From sequence record PP496443.1: DNA of 64,000 bases, one strand, 5' to 3'. Below, in pieces: positions 14,831-23,772 of this stretch. Each line of letters begins with the position of its first letter. The first letter of the stretch is position 1. The notes below the pieces were generated by a model that was given only the letters and a program-made list of their open reading frames with translations, ran no database searches and was not told the origin of the DNA. Position numbers and translations under genes: made by a program.

Positions 14831-15919
14831 TCAGCGACGACTTGAACGCGAGGATCTTGTCGAAGTTTTCTCTTTGTCGCGGCTGGTACGGCTGCTGCGT
14901 TCCGACCGGCTCGACGTTGATTTACCGGACTTCTCCGGCTTATCCGCTTTGGCTTTGGTCTTCTCGCGGCGGGAAGTACGCTCGGGCTTCTCTTCACGGC
15001 TGCTGCTACGCTTGCTGCCTCGCAGTGGACGATCCGATTCACGCTTTCGCTTGCTGCCCCGGTCGAGATCCTTACCGGCTTTCCCTTCTTCTTCCTCGAC
15101 GTCCTCAGCATCAGGAGCCTTGGATTCCAAACTTGCCACTTCCTTTACAGCATCTGCGTAGGACATTGGCTGGTCGAGATTACCGAGGATGTCCCACTGC
15201 AGATACTTCTGCTCGGTACGGGACAGCGGAGTATGGCCTGTGCTGGAATCCAGCTGCACGTCATACATGTCCGACGCCGACTTCGCGTCTTTATCGTAGG
15301 ACACCAGAATGTCACGACCGAACTCGGGATCACCCAGCGGCATGATCTGCACGCCCTGCTTGGTTTTCACCTTGTTGGTGTCTTCCAGCTTCTTGATCTT
15401 GCCAGCGATACGGTCAGTAACCCGCATTACGCGAACCGGGGTCCACGAGGCGCTGTTGATGTTGTCCACGAAGCCGGTCTTCTTCTCGTTGGCCGAGTGC
15501 TCGGGGACACGCTTCGGCTCGCTGTCTTGCAGTTCCCGCACGATGACCGGTACGTAGTAGTACTTCTTGGTCTGCTTGGGGTTGCTGATTTCGGCGAACG
15601 GGCAGTCAATGGTGGTGTCGAAGGTATCCGCGTCCCGGTCGAAGTTCAACGGGGTATGCGAGATATCGAACTCACCCTTCGGCGTAACGATCTTGATCGA
15701 GTACACCACATCTGGAATCGGATCACCGACGATACGCACAGCGATGAAAGCACCACCTGGCGGGTATTCGATCATCTTCACTTTCTTGTTGAAGTACACC
15801 CGCTTGCCGCCGGTCTGGCCAGCATTGGTCGCACCGAAACCTTTACGAGCTGGGGCAGCACCAACGCTACCACCTCCGCCAGTACGGCTACGACCGGTTC
15901 TTGCACTGTCACGTGCCAT
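14831..15919 (-). CDS. gp32-like single-stranded DNA-binding protein with a basic Arg/Ser-rich tail
   Basis: CPF...KKYYYVPVIVR, VRVMRVT...I..KI, LGDPEFGRDILVSYD, MYDV and TPLS follow the T4 gp32-type SSB pattern; located next to recA. Confidence 0.65.
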   Translation of the reverse strand: MARDSARTGRSRTGGGGSVGAAPARKGFGATNAGQTGGKRVYFNKKVKMIEYPPGGAFIAVRIVGDPIPDVVYSIKIVTPKGEFDISHTPLNFDRDADTFDTTIDCPFAEISNPKQTKKYYYVPVIVRELQDSEPKRVPEHSANEKKTGFVDNINSASWTPVRVMRVTDRIAGKIKKLEDTNKVKTKQGVQIMPLGDPEFGRDILVSYDKDAKSASDMYDVQLDSSTGHTPLSRTEQKYLQWDILGNLDQPMSYADAVKEVASLESKAPDAEDVEEEEGKAGKDLDRGSKRKRESDRPLRGSKRSSSREEKPERTSRREKTKAKADKPEKSGKSTSSRSERSSRTSRDKEKTSTRSSRSSRR

Positions 15920-15978
15920 GGGACATCCTCTTTCGGTTAGCTTACATCCCGTATTTACAGGATCTGATTTGGGGTGGA

Positions 15979-16488
15979 TTATTTCGGATCTGAAACTGGC
16001 TGCATGTCCATTAATTTACCGGACACCAGCACGAACATCTCCAGAAAAGCGCGGGTAACCACGTTCTTCTTACGCTGGGACTCTTGAATCCGCAGCATGG
16101 AGTTGAAGGTGGCCAGCCGCAACGATGCCGAGGCGCTAAGCGCTGCATCGAAATACTCGGTCAGAGCCATTCCTTCCAGAACCTTGAAAGGAACCCCGGT
16201 AGTCTTCCAATCAACGGGTAGGACCACGGAGTCTGCGTCGCCGTTATAATTAGGCCACCCCGGCTTGCCCAGGCTTGGAACGTATACCGAATCCTTATCC
16301 AGACCGGACTTACCAATCTCGGATAGCACGCGGTCCACCTGCATGTCGAACCACGCCCGTAGCGTAGAATCCATGGCCTCGAACTGGGCAAGACTCATAG
16401 TGGACAGGATCACCGGGGTCAGTACTGTCTCGTTCGTGAACACCGGCAGTTCTTTATCGAACGGTGAGCTCTCGTCGTTACTGAGCAT
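15979..16488 (-). CDS. Hypothetical protein
   Basis: 169 aa ORF overlapping the upstream gene's stop. Confidence 0.7.
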   Translation of the reverse strand: MLSNDESSPFDKELPVFTNETVLTPVILSTMSLAQFEAMDSTLRAWFDMQVDRVLSEIGKSGLDKDSVYVPSLGKPGWPNYNGDADSVVLPVDWKTTGVPFKVLEGMALTEYFDAALSASASLRLATFNSMLRIQESQRKKNVVTRAFLEMFVLVSGKLMDMQPVSDPK

Positions 16489-17023
16489 CGTTGTTACCTT
16501 TGGCGACGTGCATCAGGTGTTGATCCCAGTTCTCCATGGTGGGGGAGCTCTCATCCTGAGCCATGCTCGAATAATCTACGAGCTGCTTTTTGCCTACCCA
16601 GTCCTTGAAGGCTTCTACCGCAGGCGATGCATCGTGACGGGCGCTGAGAGTGATAACTTCATCACGGGTGGTCAGGAAGCCGAGGAAGTCCATGATTGCC
16701 ATCTGCACCAGCTCGGTATTGATACGAGACTGATCCGGGTGCGGCTGGTAGTTCTGGCTGAACTGGGTCTTACCAATGACATCGAGCCGACGCTGACCAT
16801 GCTCATCCAGCTCTTTCTGCAAGCGGACCAGTCCGTCCAGTCCTGCATAACCTGGGTGTTCGGCGGCTTGTGCAGCGGAATCAATCGCGGTCTTGACGGC
16901 TGCATGTTGATCTGGAGTCAGTTCCTCCACTTTGGCGTATGCGACGCCTGTGGTGTTCAGCTGCTTGATCTGATCTTCGGTCAGTTGCGCGCCCATGGAG
17001 GGGTAGTCTTTCTTGTCAGTCAT
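16478..17023 (-). CDS. Hypothetical protein
   Basis: Start reassigned to ATG 17023 (GAGG RBS). Confidence 0.7.
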   Translation of the reverse strand: MTDKKDYPSMGAQLTEDQIKQLNTTGVAYAKVEELTPDQHAAVKTAIDSAAQAAEHPGYAGLDGLVRLQKELDEHGQRRLDVIGKTQFSQNYQPHPDQSRINTELVQMAIMDFLGFLTTRDEVITLSARHDASPAVEAFKDWVGKKQLVDYSSMAQDESSPTMENWDQHLMHVAKGNNDAQ

Positions 17024-17094
17024 TTCAGATGCCTCATTAGGGTAGGAACACCAGATGTCGTACAGTGGTGTGTGCATTGGGGTAGGGCCTTATG

Positions 17095-18054
17095 TCAGTC
17101 CAAGTTGAATGCTGACCTAGCATAACCAACTGGGTCTGCGTATACGCATAGTTGGTAGATGCGGTCCGTACTGTTCTGCTCCACGATAGCTTCCTCGTAA
17201 GACGGAACCGAAACCTCTTCCACCGAAGGATCGTCCATTCCCGTATACAGATTGGTTTGGCCCTCCCCTTCTACCGCTTCCACACTCGGGACGTAATACG
17301 CCAGCCCCAGGTAGTGGTTGAACTCGTTGCTGGTCTTGGCGTCCTTGACCCAAAACTCAAGGTAGGATGTGAACGTACCCTTACTGACCTTGTACTTGTT
17401 GATCGCCCGCAAGGTGGCCAGCATGTAGTTCTGGGCCATGTCGTTGATGTCCACCTTGATCTTGGACATCGTGACTTCCTTGCGCACCTTGGAGAACAAC
17501 CAGCGGCTGTACTTCTTGGCGATCAGCTTACGCAATTCGTTGGCCAGACCATACCACATGATCACCTGACGGCGAGCTGACCAAAGATCACGGTGGCCGG
17601 TATAGCGAACGCTGGCTTCGATCTCTGACTTGCTTCGTACCAGCGTGTGGTAGTTCGCCTTGGTAGCGGAGGCTAGCTCAAGGCACACGCCGTCGTAGCC
17701 TTCCGTTCGTTCAAGGAAGGCCTCGATGATGGCGTGATACATCGTTCTTTCCAGCTGCATATCGAAGAACAGGGTCAGCTTTTCCTGTGGATCTTTAACC
17801 GACAGGAACCCGGCCATCAGGGATACAACATCACCCCGTGAGAAGGAGGATAGCTTGCGGCGCTTGTTCATCATCTGCCACGACATGGTAGTGGACACCA
17901 CCTCATCGGCGATCAGCGTTGTTTGGAAGATGACCAGTAATGCCCGGCCAATGAGATCATCAAGTAGGCCAAACATCTGTGCACTGGTCAGGGTGAGGTC
18001 GTATGGATTATTCTGCTTCATCCACGACATCACATCTTGATGGTGACCGGCCAT
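17095..18054 (-). CDS. Sigma-70-like RNA polymerase sigma factor
   Basis: Region 2 match: DINDMAQNYMLATLRAINKYKVSKGTFTSYLEFWVKDA versus the consensus DLIQEGxxGLxRAxxKFDxxxGxxFSTYAxWWI. Confidence 0.75.
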   Translation of the reverse strand: MAGHHQDVMSWMKQNNPYDLTLTSAQMFGLLDDLIGRALLVIFQTTLIADEVVSTTMSWQMMNKRRKLSSFSRGDVVSLMAGFLSVKDPQEKLTLFFDMQLERTMYHAIIEAFLERTEGYDGVCLELASATKANYHTLVRSKSEIEASVRYTGHRDLWSARRQVIMWYGLANELRKLIAKKYSRWLFSKVRKEVTMSKIKVDINDMAQNYMLATLRAINKYKVSKGTFTSYLEFWVKDAKTSNEFNHYLGLAYYVPSVEAVEGEGQTNLYTGMDDPSVEEVSVPSYEEAIVEQNSTDRIYQLCVYADPVGYARSAFNLD

Positions 18055-18063
18055 GACCTACTC

Positions 18064-18225
18064 CTAGTTGAGCGCTTTGAGTGATTTCTTCTTCTGGAAG
18101 TCATCCCACATCACGTCGTACTCTTCACGGGTGATACCCGGCTTGGCAATCTTGGCGATGTCCCAGAATTCTTCCTTAGTCATCAAAGACAGTTTTTCTG
18201 CGTCCTCTCCCGGTAACTTTTCCAT
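18064..18225 (-). CDS. Small hypothetical protein (53 aa)
   Basis: MEKLPGEDAEKLSLMTKEEFWDIAK...; AAGGA RBS. This is the real part of the tracked 18064..18519 ORF. Confidence 0.65.
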   Translation of the reverse strand: MEKLPGEDAEKLSLMTKEEFWDIAKIAKPGITREEYDVMWDDFQKKKSLKALN

Positions 18226-18227
18226 GA

Positions 18228-18680
18228 TCAGTATCCTTTGGCCTTGATAGCCATAAGTAGGCGCAAGACGTGCTTGCATACCAGTGGAACCATCGAGGCG
18301 TTCTTGACGATGGGCTTCTCCCCGTTGGAGTACACGATGTCGGCGGCACCTACGCGGTACAGCGCCACTTCCCACGTGAAGCAATGGTCTTCGCAGTCGC
18401 ACTCCACCTTGATACCCGCAGCCCGGCTCACCTTGGAAGCACGGTCCAGCGCAGTGATCTTCACACGGCGCTTCTGCGGGTTGGTGTTGATCCGGGTGCG
18501 ACGACTCTTGGCCGTGCACTCGACGACTAGGTTACCTTCCTTGTCAACGGTGCGCTTAGGGGAATACAGGCGAACGTCACGGCTGCGCTCATACGTGTAA
18601 GGCATGTAGCGCACGGTTTCGTTGATCAGCTTCTTGAGGGGCAATCCCTTCTTACTTTTTTGCTTTACTACGCTCGCCAT
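18228..18680 (-). CDS. SWIM zinc-finger-like protein
   Basis: VECDCEDH...VCKHVLRLL (CxC...CxH). Start reassigned to ATG 18680. Confidence 0.7.
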   Translation of the reverse strand: MASVVKQKSKKGLPLKKLINETVRYMPYTYERSRDVRLYSPKRTVDKEGNLVVECTAKSRRTRINTNPQKRRVKITALDRASKVSRAAGIKVECDCEDHCFTWEVALYRVGAADIVYSNGEKPIVKNASMVPLVCKHVLRLLMAIKAKGY

Positions 18681-20253
18681 CGCTCTGCTTCCTTCTCTTA
18701 GCAACCCGATCCCGCGCTTCCTTGGAAGCCTTCGAGCCACGTTTGGTTGAAGTACTGGATGCCTTGGTATGACCCTTCGGTGCCCCGGTCTTGGACTTCA
18801 CGCCGTGCTTGACCTTGGCTACCGTGTCGGACTCGTAACGCTCCAGAATGCTGGTGATACGGTCACGTGCGTCTTCCTCGGTCATCTCCGGAACAGGATC
18901 CCCGTTCTCGTCCAGCACCTGTGTTTCAGGAACTGTGCCGAACAACGACGAGGTCTTGCCGGGGCCAGTGGTCGGCAGCGAGTTCAGGAAGAAGGAATAC
19001 TTGTTCCGAGTCGCGTCGTAACCTACGTCCACTACGCTGTCGATCAGATCGTACAGCTTCATCGACTCACCCTTGCCACCGCGAGTCTTCAAGTGACCGT
19101 TTACCACTTCACGCACTTCCTTGTCGGTAGAGTTCATGATGATCTCAGTCATCGATGTCACAATCCGATTGTAGGTGTACATGTTGTGGTAGGCCAGCAG
19201 GAAGGTGGACACGTTGCCGCCAATCACGCTGAGAACGTCGGTGTACTTGATCGCCGTGCACACTGGGCAGTTGCACGGCAGATGGTTGAACGGGCTCGGG
19301 CTGTTCACCTTGTCGAACATCTTGAAGAAGCCCGGCGGGGTGCTGATGTGCTCTTGGAAGTAGTAGCCCTTGGATACCGATTCCTGCAACCACGTAGAGG
19401 CGTCACTGGTGATCAGTGGGGCCAAACCTTTCTTCGCCATGTAGATCAGCGGATAGACCAGCGAGAGCTTGGCGACACCGAGCATGTGGTATTGCTCGTA
19501 TTTGCGACCGGTAACCATCTGCTGGATGATCTTGGCGATGGCAGTCATCTGGGTATCGTAATACGTGCCACCCATGGCCAGACGGGTGATGTCGTCGCGC
19601 TCGACCAGTTCACGGTAGCGACTCACCTCTTCCTGCGTGTTACCGTGGAAGATGTTCATCAGTTCCAAACTGGGACGCTTGTTCTGCATCATCAGTTCGG
19701 TGTTTGCAGCCTGCACTCGACCCAAGCGCTGATACAACTCTGGGTCGTTGAAGTGCATCGGGATGTCGAGGACGATGCCGATGTCTGCGTTGTTGTTGTA
19801 CCACTGGATGATCTCCATCGGGTCTAGGTAGTCGAGACGACCCATACCGAGCTGGAAACCTCCGGAGTCCGCGACGATGTGTCGAGACTTGTCAGCGAAT
19901 GCAGTCACGTCACCTTTACGAGTGTTGTGAGAGATACTGTCTTTGTTGATGTGCTGGGTGTAGTTGACCATGTACTGGCTGACGCCCATGTCTCGCGCCG
20001 TCAGATCGTCAAACGCACTCATGTGATACATCTCGTCGAACGACCCATCTGCCCAGCGCGTGGACACAGCATGGTGGGTATTGGACACGATGAACAGGTC
20101 ACGGTCGGGACACTTGAGGAAGATATGGTTGCCACCGATTTCCACTAAGTCGATCTTGTTGGGGTTCTTGGCGTAACGGACGTATACCGAAATGCCTCCA
20201 TGCGCGGGGTAGAACACTCCAGCAGGCACCAGTTTGAATTGACCAGGCGTCAC
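18652..20253 (-). CDS. tRNA-guanine transglycosylase (TGT)/DpdA-like base-exchange enzyme
   Basis: ADSGGFQ (catalytic Asp), VLDIP, IFHG, LAMGG, HMLGV, TSDASTW, and the Zn motif CNCPVC...YHN. Confidence 0.85.
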   Translation of the reverse strand: MTPGQFKLVPAGVFYPAHGGISVYVRYAKNPNKIDLVEIGGNHIFLKCPDRDLFIVSNTHHAVSTRWADGSFDEMYHMSAFDDLTARDMGVSQYMVNYTQHINKDSISHNTRKGDVTAFADKSRHIVADSGGFQLGMGRLDYLDPMEIIQWYNNNADIGIVLDIPMHFNDPELYQRLGRVQAANTELMMQNKRPSLELMNIFHGNTQEEVSRYRELVERDDITRLAMGGTYYDTQMTAIAKIIQQMVTGRKYEQYHMLGVAKLSLVYPLIYMAKKGLAPLITSDASTWLQESVSKGYYFQEHISTPPGFFKMFDKVNSPSPFNHLPCNCPVCTAIKYTDVLSVIGGNVSTFLLAYHNMYTYNRIVTSMTEIIMNSTDKEVREVVNGHLKTRGGKGESMKLYDLIDSVVDVGYDATRNKYSFFLNSLPTTGPGKTSSLFGTVPETQVLDENGDPVPEMTEEDARDRITSILERYESDTVAKVKHGVKSKTGAPKGHTKASSTSTKRGSKASKEARDRVAKRRKQSDGERSKAKK

Positions 20254-20277
20254 TGCGCGTACTCCTATGTAAGGGTT

Positions 20278-20312
20278 AAAAACCCGCGTCCCAGTTTCCC
20301 AGAACGCGGGTT
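20278..20312 (-). terminator. Rho-independent terminator
   Basis: AACCCGCGT/ACGCGGGTT stem with a T-tract on the minus strand. Confidence 0.7.
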
Positions 20313-20346
20313 GGTTACACGCTATTTACAGGCGTGTTGGCCCTAC

Positions 20347-20925
20347 TTACTTCGAGTCGGCAGCTTTGTTTCCTTTCTTGGCTTCCTTTTCCGCAGCCTC
20401 GGAATCGGCTTTGGTGAAGATCGCTTGGATCAGGTGTGCAGCGGCACGTGGGTTGTGCGAGTTGCGCTCCAGAATCGTACGGATCTCTTGCAGGCTGGCA
20501 CCCGCACCTGACTTGCCGGAAGTGGACTTCGCGCCTTCGTCGTGAGCATTGATCTCGACGGCGTGGAGTTCGTCCTTGGTCAGCAGGGTCAAGCCGTTGG
20601 CTTGGACGTAACGATCTACGACCAGCTTCGTGTCGGACTCAGACAGGTCCTCCGGGTCGAACGACTTGAGCATGGGGTCAGTACTGACTTGACCTTCCAC
20701 GTCGGAACCGATCACGTTGGTGGCTTTGGCCAGGTCTTCCGGGGTGGCTTTGTCTTTCGCAGCCGCTTGACCTGCACCGCCGGTATCGACCGCGCTCGCA
20801 TCGGAAGAAGTGGAAGGAGTGGGCTTGGCCGAGGTTTCAGACTTGGCAGCAGTTTCCTTCGCTTCGGTGGTCGCTTTGGTTTTGGTCTTTTCTTCGGCAG
20901 CAGGTTTCGAGGATTTAGCAGTCAT
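20347..20925 (-). CDS. Hypothetical low-complexity (Ala/Lys/Thr/Ser-rich) protein
   Basis: AGGAG RBS before ATG 20925. Confidence 0.75.
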   Translation of the reverse strand: MTAKSSKPAAEEKTKTKATTEAKETAAKSETSAKPTPSTSSDASAVDTGGAGQAAAKDKATPEDLAKATNVIGSDVEGQVSTDPMLKSFDPEDLSESDTKLVVDRYVQANGLTLLTKDELHAVEINAHDEGAKSTSGKSGAGASLQEIRTILERNSHNPRAAAHLIQAIFTKADSEAAEKEAKKGNKAADSK

Positions 20926-21006
20926 GGTGAATCTCCTAACATTGGAATTACCACCCAAGAGGCCTCTCGGTGTGGGATGTTACAGTGCAGCACTTGCGGT
21001 AGACGG

Positions 21007-22104
21007 TTACTCCGGGTTCCGGTCGAAGCCTTTGCCGCGCATGGCGGTGAAGCTCTTCTCAACCAGCCGGTGGATCGATTTCGGCAGCTTCTCACCCATG
21101 GCGTACCAGCGCACGGCTTCACAGAAGAATTCCGATGGGTTCTTCTGGCTGTACTCACCGATAGGTGATTCCATGATGTTGACCGGCAGGTCAGTGGTCG
21201 GCCACACGGCGTCGGGCACCAGATTGCCGGACAGGAGGATGTTCAGCTTCTCCTCATCCAGATAGTGGTTCTCGCCGACGTACGTGATGATCGCTGCCAG
21301 AGCCGCTTCATCTTTCTCGTTCATGCTGGCGTAGGCCAGTTCGGTGTTGCCCTTCTTGATCAGCGTACGCACGATCCGATCCAGCTGCTTCTTCGACGCC
21401 GTATCTTCGATTACGTACTTGTGGTACTCGCTGATCCAGAGTGCCTGAATGGAATCAGGCATCAGTCGGCTCATCAGTCCGTGGGCGAACTCATGCGCAA
21501 CCAGATGCTGCACGTAGTTGACGTTCTGAGCTTCCTTCGGTCGCAGGCGAACACGGTCCATTGGCTCTTTCGCCATGTTCACCGTGGTGTAGTCGCCGTC
21601 GTACTTACCTTTCGGTTCATGCAGCTCGATGCGCAGTGGGAAGATAGCGTCCAGTCCCCAGCCTTTGTACTGCTCGTACACCTTGTCCAGCCCGGTCATC
21701 AAACCTTTGAAGCTGGCTTCGTCCAGATCGGGGATGTAGCTGAACACCGGACCGTAAGGCTTGTCGTCGAAGCTGTCATGGCGCAGCAAAATGGTGCAAC
21801 CGTAGACGCTACCCGGCTCAGGACGTGGGCCAAGGTTGAGGATGACTTGAGCGTGCGGGACACGGGTGAGCATCTCGTCGTCCAGCTCGTAGTCTTCCGA
21901 CTTGTTCAACGCACCCAAGTCGGCGCCGGTGACTTCGGAACCTTTGAGGCTGTACACGCGCAAGGCCAACTTGCGGTACTTAGGTTCGCCGCCTTCATCA
22001 TCGTTCTTGGACGACTTGCTGATCTTGACGATCACGATATCCCCGGCGTTGACCGGGACCAACGGCACCTCTGGAGCTGCCTTATTACGGTCTTTCTTTT
22101 TCAT
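21007..22104 (-). CDS. Zincin metallopeptidase (lethal-factor/MPTase-like) with an N-terminal beta-barrel-like domain
   Basis: VAHEFAHG (HExxH) and C-terminal EYSQKNPSEFFCEA (YxxxNxxExFxE). Confidence 0.75.
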   Translation of the reverse strand: MKKKDRNKAAPEVPLVPVNAGDIVIVKISKSSKNDDEGGEPKYRKLALRVYSLKGSEVTGADLGALNKSEDYELDDEMLTRVPHAQVILNLGPRPEPGSVYGCTILLRHDSFDDKPYGPVFSYIPDLDEASFKGLMTGLDKVYEQYKGWGLDAIFPLRIELHEPKGKYDGDYTTVNMAKEPMDRVRLRPKEAQNVNYVQHLVAHEFAHGLMSRLMPDSIQALWISEYHKYVIEDTASKKQLDRIVRTLIKKGNTELAYASMNEKDEAALAAIITYVGENHYLDEEKLNILLSGNLVPDAVWPTTDLPVNIMESPIGEYSQKNPSEFFCEAVRWYAMGEKLPKSIHRLVEKSFTAMRGKGFDRNPE

Positions 22105-22123
22105 CGGTAGGGTCTCTTGCGGA

Positions 22124-22411
22124 TTAAAGGTTGGCAGCGAGTAGTTCGCAGAACTGCTGCACGGTTAAGTACTGGGCCTCGGACTGCTTGACCAGTTCAC
22201 TGACCAACTTATCTGGAACGTCACAAGCAATGCCTTCGTAGTCCTCCAATGCCATGGCAAACTCTACCCAGTCCAGCGAGTCAAGGCCCATATCGATAAC
22301 CAGTGTGTCTGGCTGGGCCATGTAAGGAGCAGTGTTAACGTTCAACCTCGGTGTGGGCAGCGCGTGCAGACATTGGATGACAGCAGATGTTACAACATTG
22401 ATGTGAAGCAT
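22124..22411 (-). CDS. acpP: Acyl carrier protein
   Basis: DMGLDSLDWVEFAMALED carries the phosphopantetheine Ser motif; small acidic protein ending ...VPD...LTVQQF. Confidence 0.8.
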   Translation of the reverse strand: MLHINVVTSAVIQCLHALPTPRLNVNTAPYMAQPDTLVIDMGLDSLDWVEFAMALEDYEGIACDVPDKLVSELVKQSEAQYLTVQQFCELLAANL

Positions 22412-22473
22412 GTATCTTACCTATGACGAATACGAACAAACCCGCCAGAAAGTAGCCTAGCGGGTGCTGGGGT

Positions 22474-23094
22474 TTAGTTTACCGCGACTTCAACCTCGGG
22501 TGCTTCCGGGATCGCATTGTCTCGGATACGGGCCGCCCAAGGCTTGTCAGCGAACGTGCCCCGTTTAAGGTGAAGGTGCGGCAGGATCGGATCAGGGATT
22601 GCCTGATTGGGCAGCAGCGTCGTCTCGATGCGCTTTCCATTACGCTTGCGGGCGCCCAGCTGAAAGATGTACGTTGGGACTCGACTGCCCGCCACCACCT
22701 TCGGGAACCTGCTATTCAGGGTAAGCTGATGTTCTACGTCTTTTGCTTGATGCAGGAACACTACACCGACCAGGTTGGGATTCGCCAAGATGACGACATC
22801 CCGTTTGACTCCGGCCAGCTTGTTATACTCTTTGCCGTCAGCCCGGTACGCAATCTCACACGGCTCGGACATATCGCCCCACGGCATCTCCACGCCGACC
22901 GGATCGTTCCCCAACTCATCCAGACAGTATGAAGCGGCATGGGTTTCAGCACCTCGGCAGCGGCTGTTAATGATCGCCACCTCCTTCGGGTCGAGTCCCA
23001 TGTGCTGAATCACAGAGTTCAAGCATGCAACCATCAAAGGATAGGTCGTGAAACCATAATCCCCGATCACGGCGATCAGCTTCTTATCGGACAT
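22474..23094 (-). CDS. SLOG superfamily (YspA/DUF2493-like) protein
   Basis: IAVIGD, IINSRCRGAETHA (the GxAxGAD equivalent) and AGVKRD (the AGxxRN equivalent). Confidence 0.6.
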   Translation of the reverse strand: MSDKKLIAVIGDYGFTTYPLMVACLNSVIQHMGLDPKEVAIINSRCRGAETHAASYCLDELGNDPVGVEMPWGDMSEPCEIAYRADGKEYNKLAGVKRDVVILANPNLVGVVFLHQAKDVEHQLTLNSRFPKVVAGSRVPTYIFQLGARKRNGKRIETTLLPNQAIPDPILPHLHLKRGTFADKPWAARIRDNAIPEAPEVEVAVN

Positions 23095-23141
23095 GGTAGT
23101 GCTCCTACAGGTAGACTTATGGGTAGTGTTGACCCATTGAA

Positions 23142-23762
23142 TTAGTAGGTATAACGGGGAGCTGCTGGAGTCTCAGGAACGACCAGTTGGTGCGTAGGGA
23201 AGAGTGAACCGATCACGATGCGGAAGTATTGGCCTTCGCCGCACTCCGGGATGTTGAACGACATGAAGAACTTGCCGTCGTCCTTATCGTTGCCGCTTTC
23301 CAGCCCCATATCCTCCCAGCGCAGGATCTTCTGAGCTTCCAGATACTTGGTATCAGCGATCTCGACGATGGTGACCTCGCGCAGCATGGTCATCAGGCTG
23401 GCGCTACCCCGCAGTGCCTTGAGTGGCAAGCGGTAGTACTCGTAGCACAGGTCGTTGAGAACTTTGAGGAACGTAACGTCGCTTACCTTGGGCAGCTTGG
23501 TGAAGTCCACCGTGTGAGAGTAACCTTGTGAACCGAGCTTGCCGCTGACGTTGCGAGACATAACAATCTCCCGTTGTGACATTCCCTTGTGGATTTTAGC
23601 CAAGGCTTCCCGAACGTCGTCCTGCGCATCACGGGCGGCTTGCTGCGCCTCGGTCAGCGGCTTGTGATGATGGCCGCGACGAGAGCTGGCGTGCTGGAAG
23701 GCGTCGTTGTTGGACGCGTTGTGCTGAGTGCGGTATGCCGGGGTAGGTGCTGGAATAGTCAT
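23142..23762 (-). CDS. Hypothetical protein
   Basis: Start reassigned to ATG 23762 (AGGA RBS). Confidence 0.7.
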   Translation of the reverse strand: MTIPAPTPAYRTQHNASNNDAFQHASSRRGHHHKPLTEAQQAARDAQDDVREALAKIHKGMSQREIVMSRNVSGKLGSQGYSHTVDFTKLPKVSDVTFLKVLNDLCYEYYRLPLKALRGSASLMTMLREVTIVEIADTKYLEAQKILRWEDMGLESGNDKDDGKFFMSFNIPECGEGQYFRIVIGSLFPTHQLVVPETPAAPRYTY

Positions 23763-23772
23763 GGTCTTGTTC

